Assembly: GCA_963762565.1 (NCBI GenBank)
Contig: CAVXLD010000003.1
Location: 864,001-928,000, forward strand
From: an uncultured Verrucomicrobiae bacterium
Lineage (GTDB): Bacteria > Verrucomicrobiota > Verrucomicrobiia > Chthoniobacterales > JAFAMB01
DNA: 64,000 nt
Reading direction: 5' to 3'
In this document: piece by piece, positions 30,971 through 38,852 of the stretch
Numbering within the stretch: position 1 is the stretch's first letter
Layout of the letters: every line of letters starts with the position of its first letter
Program-made: the position numbers and the translations under genes
The notes under the pieces: generated by a model
What the model was told of the DNA's origin: nothing
What the model saw: only the letters and a program-made list of their open reading frames with translations
The model's database searches: none

Positions 30971-31891
30971 GCCTTTGATATTCTAGGGATTGGTTGTGTG
31001 TCGGTGGATGATCTCTTGTATGTGCCGGGGTCGTATCCGGCAGCCGATACTAAGACGCGAGTCTTAAGCTGGGATCGCCAATGTGGCGGGCTCACGGGAA
31101 CAGCTTTGGTGGCCGCTGCCCGGTTGGGTGCGCGTTGCGCTTTTGCCGGGTTATTGGGCTTCGATGACCTCTCCCGGATCGTGGAAGAAAATTTTCTGCG
31201 AGAAGGTGTCGATATTTCTCACGCGCCACGAGCCAAAGACGCACCGGTGCCGCATGCCGTGATCGTCGTTGCGACGGAACCTCGTACTCGAAATATCTTT
31301 TATCGAATCGAGGGCCGTATCGGGGCCGATGAGCATCTGCCAGACGAGCCGGTGATCCGGTCTGCGCGCATTCTTTTTCTTGATCAATACGGGATGACCG
31401 GATGTATCCGGGCAGCCACGATTGCCCGGGCCGCTGGGATTCCCATCGTCGCTGATTTCGAAGACTCTGGTCACCCACAATTTCCCGAGCTGCTTCGGTT
31501 AATCGATCACATTGTTCTTCCCCAGGATTTCGCAGAAAAAATCACCGGCGAAACAGTTCCCGAAGCCGCTGCCAAAGCGGTGTGGCACCGGGATTGTCAG
31601 GCGGTGGTTGTCACCTGTGGCACTGCCGGAAGCTGGTTCCTTGGGCGAGACGGTGTTGTACGGCATCAACCTGCTTTTAAAGTACAAGCGGTCGACACCA
31701 CCGGCTGCGGCGATGTTTTCCACGGCGCCTACGCGGCAGCTCTGGTCCAAGGCGCACCGCTGAACGAGTGCGTCCGTTTTGCCACCGCCGCCGCCGGCCT
31801 GAAAGCAACTCAACCCGGCGGCCAACGTGGTATCCCAACCCGGCAGCAAGTTGACGAATTCCTGCGGTCGCCACTCAGTTATAAGTTATAG
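30962..31891 (+). CDS. PfkB family carbohydrate kinase
   Basis: GGLTGTALVAAARLG, VVTCGTAGS, DTTGCGDVFHGA. Confidence 0.93.
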   Translation: MVKAFDILGIGCVSVDDLLYVPGSYPAADTKTRVLSWDRQCGGLTGTALVAAARLGARCAFAGLLGFDDLSRIVEENFLREGVDISHAPRAKDAPVPHAVIVVATEPRTRNIFYRIEGRIGADEHLPDEPVIRSARILFLDQYGMTGCIRAATIARAAGIPIVADFEDSGHPQFPELLRLIDHIVLPQDFAEKITGETVPEAAAKAVWHRDCQAVVVTCGTAGSWFLGRDGVVRHQPAFKVQAVDTTGCGDVFHGAYAAALVQGAPLNECVRFATAAAGLKATQPGGQRGIPTRQQVDEFLRSPLSYKL

Positions 31892-31937
31892 GTTGTACGT
31901 TTTAGGTTATAGGTTCTCGCAAGGAACGCAGAGAAAA

Positions 31938-32157
31938 CGAACCCCAGATGGACGCAGATTATTCTCTAGCGGGGAATACCGCGAAGGCATAAAATACGGA
32001 GTAACCGGAGAAAATGGTCTCAATCGATCAGCACCGCGACCCAAGCCCAGAACCACATCTGCGTAAATCTGTGTTCATCTGCGGTTGAGGTTTTTTGTTC
32101 GGGTTTATTTCGTGTCCTTTCGCGGTTTTTCTTTTTTTTTGCGCTCTTTGCGTTCTT
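31938..32157. repeat. Composite CRCRRA-arm element
   Basis: CCAGATGGACGCAGAT ... ATCTGCGTAAATCTGTGTTCATCTGCGGTT, TTCGTGTCCTTTCGCGGTT, TTTGCGCTCTTTGCG. Confidence 0.75.
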
Positions 32158-32170
32158 TACCGCCACCTCC

Positions 32171-32309
32171 GGTTACCTGGAGACGGATCGTCCTGAAAAA
32201 TGTTGCTTTCTATCAACGGTTTGGTTTCGAACTGACGCATGAGATTCCGATACTCGGAACCCCGAACTTTTTGATGCGAAAGCCCGCTCGCACAGTAGCT
32301 GCAATGTAG
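32171..32309 (+). pseudogene. C-terminal fragment of a GNAT acetyltransferase
   Basis: GYLETDRPE, frameshift, then NVAFYQRFGFELTHEI...LMRKP. Confidence 0.65.
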
Positions 32310-32418
32310 AATCTACAAAAAATTTGGATCCGGTGTCCAAATCCGCGGGTCCCGTTCGTCATCTCATCGAAACCGCAACCTGGTTATCAACCCAACAACC
32401 CAATACCAAAAGAAAACC

Positions 32419-32892
32419 ATGACGACGAAAGTAAACCCGATCCCGGAAGGCTCCCACACGATCACGCCCCACCTTTGTGTGAAAGACGCGGCGCAGGCCA
32501 TCGAATTCTATAAGAAGGCCTTTAGCGCGGAAGAGCTTTGCCGGGTTCCTTCACCGGATGGCAGCACTCTTATACATGCTGCAATCAAAATCGGTGATTC
32601 AATTCTCTTCCTATACGATGAGGTCCCGCAGATGGGTGCTCTCGGCCCGAAGAGCATTGGTGGAAGCCCCGTCCGGATCCATCTCTATGTCGCAGACGTA
32701 GATAGCCTGTACGATCAGGCAGTGAAAGCCGGCGCCGAAGTGGGGATGCCCCTAGAAAATCAACCGTGGGGCGACCGCTACGGAACGCTCACCGATCCGT
32801 TCGGACATAGCTGGGGATTAGCGTCTCACGTCGAGGATGTATCCTTCGAGGAGATGCGCCAGCGCTTCGAAGCGGCCTGCGCGGCGCGCTAA
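32419..32892 (+). CDS. VOC family protein (PhnB-like)
   Basis: AIEFYKKAF, IHAAIKIGDS, WGDRYG.LTDPFGHSW. Confidence 0.92.
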   Translation: MTTKVNPIPEGSHTITPHLCVKDAAQAIEFYKKAFSAEELCRVPSPDGSTLIHAAIKIGDSILFLYDEVPQMGALGPKSIGGSPVRIHLYVADVDSLYDQAVKAGAEVGMPLENQPWGDRYGTLTDPFGHSWGLASHVEDVSFEEMRQRFEAACAAR

Positions 32893-32904
32893 TACGGCGC
32901 GCCA

Positions 32905-33313
32905 GGAGCTAGGAGCTAGATCTAGGAGCTAGGAGGGACGCAGCGGCGGGTATCGTCCTCGTTCTCGTCGTCGTCCTCGAAATCGGCTCTATCGCTTGTT
33001 TGGAACTGAGACCGCGCCATGCCCAATGGCGCGGTAGAGCTATTTCAAGGCAGTCCCGTTTATGCATCTCTGCGGGCTACGGCTTTCGCGACCCGCAACG
33101 GGGTAGCCGGCCCAGGGGACTCCATACCTTCAAAATCGAGGACAGCCTGTCCGACGAAGCCCACGCTCTATTTTGCCAACCGCTCGAAGTCGGCCTCGCA
33201 AGCGAGGCGCGCTCCACAACCAGGAACTTAGCGAAGTCGGAAGGACGACGACGAGAACGATTACGAAGTGCTAGCACGCGCTTACTAGCTCCTAGATTCT
33301 AAATTCTAGCTCC
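32905..33313. repeat. Three-layer nested element: (GGAGCTA)n arms, family K arms, solo family A arm
   Basis: GGAGCTAGGAGCTAG / CTAGCTCC; TCGTCGTCGTCCTCGA / GGACGACGACGAGAACGA; A arm at 33191-33217. Confidence 0.8.
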
Positions 33314-33317
33314 CCTC

Positions 33318-33500
33318 TCAGCGACAAACGGTCGATCTTCCACCACACCCAGCCGCACGGACTCGAAAAACTGTCGCTGAAACTCACTCAGCGTCCTGTT
33401 CTTCCAACGTTTCCGGAGCACCAGATAAATGCAGATCTCGCGCAGCTTGGCGAACAATGGGATATGCCGGATGGCGTCGCCAAGATTGGATTCCTGTTGG
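33318..33500 (-). pseudogene. Possible C-terminal fragment of a phosphotransferase-family gene
   Basis: Manual translation IRHIPLFAKLREICIYLVLRKRW...VEDRPFV looks protein-like; no start codon; family guess is weak. Confidence 0.3.
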
Positions 33501-33503
33501 TAG

Positions 33504-33560
33504 GCCGTTCGGGAGCCCGCCTACGCCAAGCCTACGGCGCGGCAGGCCCTCGCCCCACCA
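33504..33560. repeat. Solo family B arm interrupted by the 31-bp micro-element (33517-33547)
   Basis: CGTTCGGGAGC[insert]CCTCGCCCCACC versus intact CGTTCGGGAGCCTCGCCCCACC at 25278. Confidence 0.8.
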
Positions 33561-33604
33561 AAGAGGCAGCGACGCTCGGGAGATTTGCTGTTTGCTATTT
33601 ATCT

Positions 33605-33632
33605 ACTAATACGTATCACTAATACGTATTAG
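33605..33632. promoter_or_regulatory. Probable LacI-family operator pair
   Basis: Perfect palindrome CTAATACGTATTAG (33619-33632) with a tandem near-copy; central CG; about 60 bp upstream of the LacI gene. Confidence 0.7.
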
Positions 33633-33689
33633 CGCCGTTTTGGACTGATTACTGACCCACTGCTTACTGCTTACTGATCACTTCCCCCC

Positions 33690-34691
33690 GTGCGTCCTAC
33701 CCAGAAAGACATCGCTAAACTCGCTCAGGTCTCTCAAGCGACCGTTTCCCTCGTTCTCAACCGGGTCAGCGATGCGTCCGTACCACCCGTTACCCAACAA
33801 AAAGTCCTTCGCGCCGCGAAGAGGCTCGGCTATGTCCCCAACCGCGTCGCTCAAAGTTTGCGTACCCAGCGGACAAAGACCGTTGCTTGTATCGTCCCCG
33901 ATATCACCAACCCATTCTACCCGGCTCTCGAGCGCGGCGCCCAAAAGAGCGCTGAAACCAACGGGTATGACGTACTCATCTACAACACCGATGGGCTCCC
34001 GGCTAAGGAACACAAATGCCTCGACCGCCTGTTAGAAGGACGGGTTGACGGTGTGATTGGGGTTTTCTTTCATCTTACCGCCCGCGATCTGCGTCCGCTG
34101 CTCGACCGTAGAATCGCCCTGGTCAGGATCGAAGCGAACCCGAAAAAGATTGGGCCTTGGCCTCTGGATAATCTTTTTGTCGATAATGCAGCCGGCGCCA
34201 AAGCGGGCACCCAATACCTCATCAAAGGCGGCCATCGCCGGATCGCTATGATCGCGGGTAGCGGCGGACCGGAACGGAACCGGGTCAGCGGTTATCTACA
34301 AGCGCTGGATGAAGCCGGTCTAAAACCGCAGCTGGTCAGCCGTGGCGATTTCAATGAAGAGAGCGGCTACCGCTCCACCAAACAAATTCTTTCGGCCGCC
34401 ACCCGTCCGACGGCCATCTTTGCCGGGAACGATCTGATGGCTTTCGGCGCAATGGCCGCCATCCGGGAAGCGAAACTGACCATCCCAAAAGACATCGCCC
34501 TTCTGGGGTTCGACGATATTTTCACCGCTCGCTTTGTTACGCCTACTCTTTCGACCATTAGCCAGTTCCAATACGAACTGGGCCGGGTCGCCGCCGAAAT
34601 GGTGCTCGAACGAATCGATCAATTACCGCCCGGCACTCCCGGCCGCCAACGCGAGATGCCATTCGAAGTCGTAAAACGCCAATCCGCTTAA
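33690..34691 (+). CDS. LacI family regulator
   Basis: TQKDIAKLAQVSQATVSLVLN, LGYVPN, PTAIFAGNDLMA, GFDD. Confidence 0.95.
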   Translation: MRPTQKDIAKLAQVSQATVSLVLNRVSDASVPPVTQQKVLRAAKRLGYVPNRVAQSLRTQRTKTVACIVPDITNPFYPALERGAQKSAETNGYDVLIYNTDGLPAKEHKCLDRLLEGRVDGVIGVFFHLTARDLRPLLDRRIALVRIEANPKKIGPWPLDNLFVDNAAGAKAGTQYLIKGGHRRIAMIAGSGGPERNRVSGYLQALDEAGLKPQLVSRGDFNEESGYRSTKQILSAATRPTAIFAGNDLMAFGAMAAIREAKLTIPKDIALLGFDDIFTARFVTPTLSTISQFQYELGRVAAEMVLERIDQLPPGTPGRQREMPFEVVKRQSA

Positions 34692-34728
34692 CCAATTTCT
34701 CCCCAAGCCCCCAACCCAGAAAGCCCCG

Positions 34729-36246
34729 ATGAACAAAACGTCCTCTAACCAAGGCGCCCTAGAACCCGGAAATAATATCCGCAGATTACACAGATTACGC
34801 AGATTACGTTCAATGGCCGAACACTGCGCCCGAGAAAGCAATATCGTTCCCTCGGTTACCGGCTTCTTTACCCGTACACTTAGCCTCACCAAGAACCGAA
34901 ATCTGCGTAATCTGCGTAATCTGCGGATAATACCTAATCTGTGGTTCGTGGGCGGAGCGGTTGCCGCGATTACGCTGTCCACTGTCGCCAACGCCGATGG
35001 ACCCATCAGTCTGTGGTATCAACGCGGCGGAAACCCGGACCAACAACGGATCATGCAAAAGGATTTGGTTGCGCCGTTTAACGCGGCCCATCCAACGACT
35101 CCGCTTACCCTCGATGTTCTAGCCGGCGGAACTGGCGACAAAAAGATCAGGATGGCGGTGATCTCAGGTAAAGGGCCCGACATCATAATGACTCCCGGCC
35201 CGAGCACCACTCTAGCACTGGTACAGTCAGGGCATCTTTTACCGCTCGATGACTACATCAAGAAATACAATCTCGATAAACGGATACTGACTCCGGTGCT
35301 TCGGACGGGGGAATATCAAGGCCATAACTACGCCTTACCGCGCACGTTCGAGACCATGGTCCTCTACTATAATAAGACCTTGTTCGATAAGAACGGTTGG
35401 GCGCCGCCGAAAACCATAGCTGAGCTCAACACCATCGGAGAAGCGTTACTCGCAAAAGGGATTACGCCGTTCTCAGTCGGAAACGGCGATTGGCGGGCTG
35501 CTAACGAATGGCATGTGACGGTTGTGCTCAATCACTACGCTGGACCCGAGAACATCTATAAAGCGTTGAAGGGCGAGATTCCCTGGACAGATCCAGTGTT
35601 TGCCGGGGCGATCGATGTGCTCAAGGACTGGTACCAGAAAGGTTGGTTCGGCAAAAACTATTTCTCTCTTACGGGCGACCAACAAGCGTTGCTGCTGGCC
35701 AAGGGCGAAGCGGGTATGGCGCCGAACGGTACGTTCTCGTTCGATAATATGGTAGCCGCATTCAAGCAGACCGGCCAAGAACTTGGAGTTGCTCCCTTCC
35801 CCAGCCTGCGGGATGGGGTGCCCTATCCGCTGTACGCCATCGGTACCGGTAGTACCATGTCGATCAACAAAGACTCAGCTAACCCCGACGCCGCCGCTGC
35901 TTTTCTCGATTATCTTTATTCCGACGCTTTCTATGATCGGATCAGCAAAGATTGGCCGGGTGACTGGAATCTGCCTCTGACCTCGATCGACGAAGCCAAA
36001 CTGACAAAGAATGTTTCCCCGATTTTCGCCAAAACGTTCACGGCATTTTCCAAAGCCGTCGCCGAGGGCAACTACGGCTATACCACCTGGACTTTCTGGC
36101 CGCCGGCTACCGAGGATTACTTGATCCACGGAATCGAACAGGTCTGGCTAAACCAAGTCACAACCGCCGATTACTTGAAGAAGATGGAAGAGATATTCGC
36201 CAAGGAGTTAGCCGAGGGCAAGGTCCCGCCTCCTGCGCCAAGATGA
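34729..36246 (+). CDS. Sugar ABC transporter substrate-binding protein with a repeat-derived N-terminal insertion
   Basis: GPDII, LLPLDDY, YALP, LYYNKTLF, AAAAFLDYL; signal h-region ...AVAAITLSTVANA begins near residue 72. Confidence 0.9.
   Translation: MNKTSSNQGALEPGNNIRRLHRLRRLRSMAEHCARESNIVPSVTGFFTRTLSLTKNRNLRNLRNLRIIPNLWFVGGAVAAITLSTVANADGPISLWYQRGGNPDQQRIMQKDLVAPFNAAHPTTPLTLDVLAGGTGDKKIRMAVISGKGPDIIMTPGPSTTLALVQSGHLLPLDDYIKKYNLDKRILTPVLRTGEYQGHNYALPRTFETMVLYYNKTLFDKNGWAPPKTIAELNTIGEALLAKGITPFSVGNGDWRAANEWHVTVVLNHYAGPENIYKALKGEIPWTDPVFAGAIDVLKDWYQKGWFGKNYFSLTGDQQALLLAKGEAGMAPNGTFSFDNMVAAFKQTGQELGVAPFPSLRDGVPYPLYAIGTGSTMSINKDSANPDAAAAFLDYLYSDAFYDRISKDWPGDWNLPLTSIDEAKLTKNVSPIFAKTFTAFSKAVAEGNYGYTTWTFWPPATEDYLIHGIEQVWLNQVTTADYLKKMEEIFAKELAEGKVPPPAPR
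34773..34932. repeat. Family D element in frame inside the SBP 5' region
   Basis: ATCCGCAGATTACACAGATTACGCAGATT / AATCTGCGTAATCTGCGTAATCTGCGGAT. Confidence 0.9.
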
Positions 36247-36527
36247 ACCGCAGATTACGCAGATGAAGGTGTGATCCGCAGATTACAGAAGGTTTAATAT
36301 CCGCAGATTACGCAGATTACGCAGATTACGGTTTAGGTACTGATGTCGTCAGCTAGATAAACAAATCAGGTGTCCGGGCGCGATCTTGCTGGTCCTTTGA
36401 GGACAGACACCGACTCGGAAAAACCCACGATTCATTTCGCTCATCGGTGTGGCCCGGCTACGACGCGTAAATCTGCGTAATCTGCGTAATCTGCGGATAT
36501 TAACTTCTCTGTATAATCTGTGGATCC
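36246..36527. repeat. Composite family D element between SBP and permease
   Basis: AATATCCGCAGATTACGCAGATTACGCAGATT / AATCTGCGTAATCTGCGTAATCTGCGGATATT. Confidence 0.88.
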
Positions 36528-36550
36528 ATTTAGAATGTTAACCTGATCGT

Positions 36551-37468
36551 ATGGCCGTTGCTGTCTCCCGCGCTCAACCTATTCGTGTCAATTCGCGTCC
36601 ATTCGCGGTTCGGTTCTGCAATTCTGCGGTACCGTTCTTGTTACCGGCGCTCATTATTAACGCGGCGATCATTTTGATCCCGGGACTGCTGACGATCGCC
36701 ATGGCGTTTTGCGAATGGGACGGCGCAACCGCGCCGTCATTTGTGGGCCTGGATAATTTCCGCGCGATTTTCGCCGATCCGGTTTTCTTTTCCGCCCTGT
36801 CTAACAACATCAAATGGACGCTCATCTTTCTCACGATCCCGATCGTTATGGGGCTGGGCGCAGGCTCACTGTTATTAGTTGTAAAACGTGGGCGCAACTT
36901 TTTTCAGGTCGTTTATTTCCTACCGGTGATTATCGCCACGGTGGTGGTAGCGCGGGTCTGGCAAGGGATGATCTATAACCCGGAATCAGGGATAGTCGGG
37001 TGGTTAAAGGTTTACGGACTTAACCTAGCCGATCCGCTGACCCAACCGCCCACCGCTCTGTATGCCGTAGCCTCCGTCGATCTTTGGCATTGGTGGGGAT
37101 TCCTGGCCGTGATTTTCTTGGCCGCATTTCGTCAGGTCGATGCTGCCCAGATTGAAGCAGCAGTGATCGATGGAGCCGGCTTCTTTCAACTGCTTCGATT
37201 TGTCTTAATCCCCGCTATCCGGCCTACTATCACTTTAATGATGATCATGACCATCATCTGGTCATTCCTGGCATTCGACTTCGTCTATGTCTTAACTCAG
37301 GGTGGCCCGGCCTATGCCAGTGAAGTGCTTTCCACGCTCTCCTATCGATACGCATTTTATAATTACACCATGGGACCGGCCGCTGCGGTGGCGCTGGTCA
37401 TCAGTTTCTTCGGCTTGGTCGCCACGTTCTTCTACGTCCGCATCCAACAGAAGGAAGGACTGCAATGA
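36551..37468 (+). CDS. Sugar ABC transporter permease
   Basis: [16 protein letters not shown] (EAA motif), LTQGGP. Confidence 0.93.
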   Translation: MAVAVSRAQPIRVNSRPFAVRFCNSAVPFLLPALIINAAIILIPGLLTIAMAFCEWDGATAPSFVGLDNFRAIFADPVFFSALSNNIKWTLIFLTIPIVMGLGAGSLLLVVKRGRNFFQVVYFLPVIIATVVVARVWQGMIYNPESGIVGWLKVYGLNLADPLTQPPTALYAVASVDLWHWWGFLAVIFLAAFRQVDAAQIEAAVIDGAGFFQLLRFVLIPAIRPTITLMMIMTIIWSFLAFDFVYVLTQGGPAYASEVLSTLSYRYAFYNYTMGPAAAVALVISFFGLVATFFYVRIQQKEGLQ

Positions 37469-37485
37469 ACGAAAAGGCAAAGTTT

Positions 37486-37759
37486 ACCACAGAGACACAG
37501 AGTACACGGATCTTAGAAGGCAAAGGGTCCCTTAAATCATGGCCTCCAAGTTTTACGTCTCTTTGTAGTGCGCCAATACGAACGTTCTTACAGAAGATCA
37601 CAAAGGCCACAAAGAGAGGAACAGATCAGACTAGCCAACACCTTATCTGTCTTCGTGATCTTTGTGCGCTTCTGTTGGATATCCGTAAATCTCTGTTTTT
37701 TACTCTCTGTGTCTCTGTGGTGAATATTTTTTCAGTAAACTCTGTGTCTCTGTGGTGAA
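37486..37759. repeat. Nested CACAGAG/CACAAAG-arm element between the permeases
   Basis: CCACAGAGACACAGAG / CTCTGTGTCTCTGTGG (twice); CAGAAGATCACAAAG / CTTTGTGCGCTTCTG. Confidence 0.85.
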
Positions 37760-38593
37760 ATGAATCAGCATCTTGGACGCGGCACATTGTTAGCCTCTTA
37801 TTTCATCTTAGCGGTTGCGGCCGTGATCGCCCTTTTCCCGCTCTCGCTAATGCTGATCAGTTCGCTAAAGAAGAGCACCGAAATTGTGGCAAATCCGCTC
37901 GCACTTCCTAACACGTTGCAATGGATAAACTTCACTCGTGCCTGGACCGATGCCCAACTGGGGCGATCCCTCTTAAATAGCGCAGAAACTACCGGCTTTG
38001 CTGTCCTTCTGATCTGTTCCACTTGCTCACTCGCCGCGTACGCGCTGGCCCGCCGCGTCGGACCCGGATTACGTTGGGTGAGCGCCTATTTTCTCGGAAC
38101 GACTACCCTACCCATCCAGCTCTATTTATTCCCCCTTTATTTCGGGTTCGCCCACCTCGGCCTTATCGACAACGTGTTCGCTCTTTCTTTTGTTTATACC
38201 GCTGTCTTTAGCCCCTTCGCTATCTTTCTCCTACGTACGTACTTTCTCGCCATCCCCAAGGAACTCGAAGAAGCCGCGGTTATCGACGGCGCTAACCGTT
38301 GGCAGGTGTTTACCCGGGTGTTGCTCCCCTTAGTTTCACCCGGCATCCTGACGGTCGCATTAATTTCCGGATTGAACATCTGGAACGAATTCCTGATTTC
38401 TTCAACCTTCCTGCAAAGCCATGATCAACAGACCGCTGTAGTCCGGTTCTATACTCTCGGTGGCCAATACAGCAGCGATTGGGGAGAGATTATGGCCGCT
38501 GCGATCATCATCGTTGCTCCAGCCGTCGCCTTCTTCCTTCTCTTGCAACGCCGCTTCATCCAAGGCATGGCCGCCGGCTCGGTCAAAGGCTAA
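37760..38593 (+). CDS. Sugar ABC transporter permease
   Basis: [34 protein letters not shown]. Confidence 0.94.
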   Translation: MNQHLGRGTLLASYFILAVAAVIALFPLSLMLISSLKKSTEIVANPLALPNTLQWINFTRAWTDAQLGRSLLNSAETTGFAVLLICSTCSLAAYALARRVGPGLRWVSAYFLGTTTLPIQLYLFPLYFGFAHLGLIDNVFALSFVYTAVFSPFAIFLLRTYFLAIPKELEEAAVIDGANRWQVFTRVLLPLVSPGILTVALISGLNIWNEFLISSTFLQSHDQQTAVVRFYTLGGQYSSDWGEIMAAAIIIVAPAVAFFLLLQRRFIQGMAAGSVKG

Positions 38594-38840
38594 CCGCGAA
38601 TGAATCCGACTTCGCCAAACCCTGACCTAACCACACTGTCGAGCGCATGCTTCGTCGGACAGGCTACGAATAGACGCGAAACCAAAAAAATCTAAACCGC
38701 AGATGTACGCAGATTTCTATGAAGACAAAATCCGCCACAGAAGATCACAAAGGTCATAAAGAAGGAATTAGGTTTAATCAGGCTCTGAAATCCTATCTTT
38801 GTGATCTTCTGTTGGTTCCACTCCCGAACTCCTGAACTCC
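38592..38840. repeat. Composite CRCRRA-arm element with an expanded micro-element (38606-38664)
   Basis: AACCGCGAATGAAT[CCGACTTCGCCAA...GTCGGACAGGC]TACGAATAGACGCGAA; CAGAAGATCACAAAG / CTTTGTGATCTTCTG. Confidence 0.8.
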
Positions 38841-38852
38841 TACCTTCTTCCG

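Noticed and set aside
30962..31891. Sulfoquinovose (sulfo-EMP) pathway assignment for the kinase and aldolase
   Set aside because: Only general PfkB and class II aldolase similarity; no sulfoquinovosidase, isomerase or SLA reductase gene is visible in the cluster.
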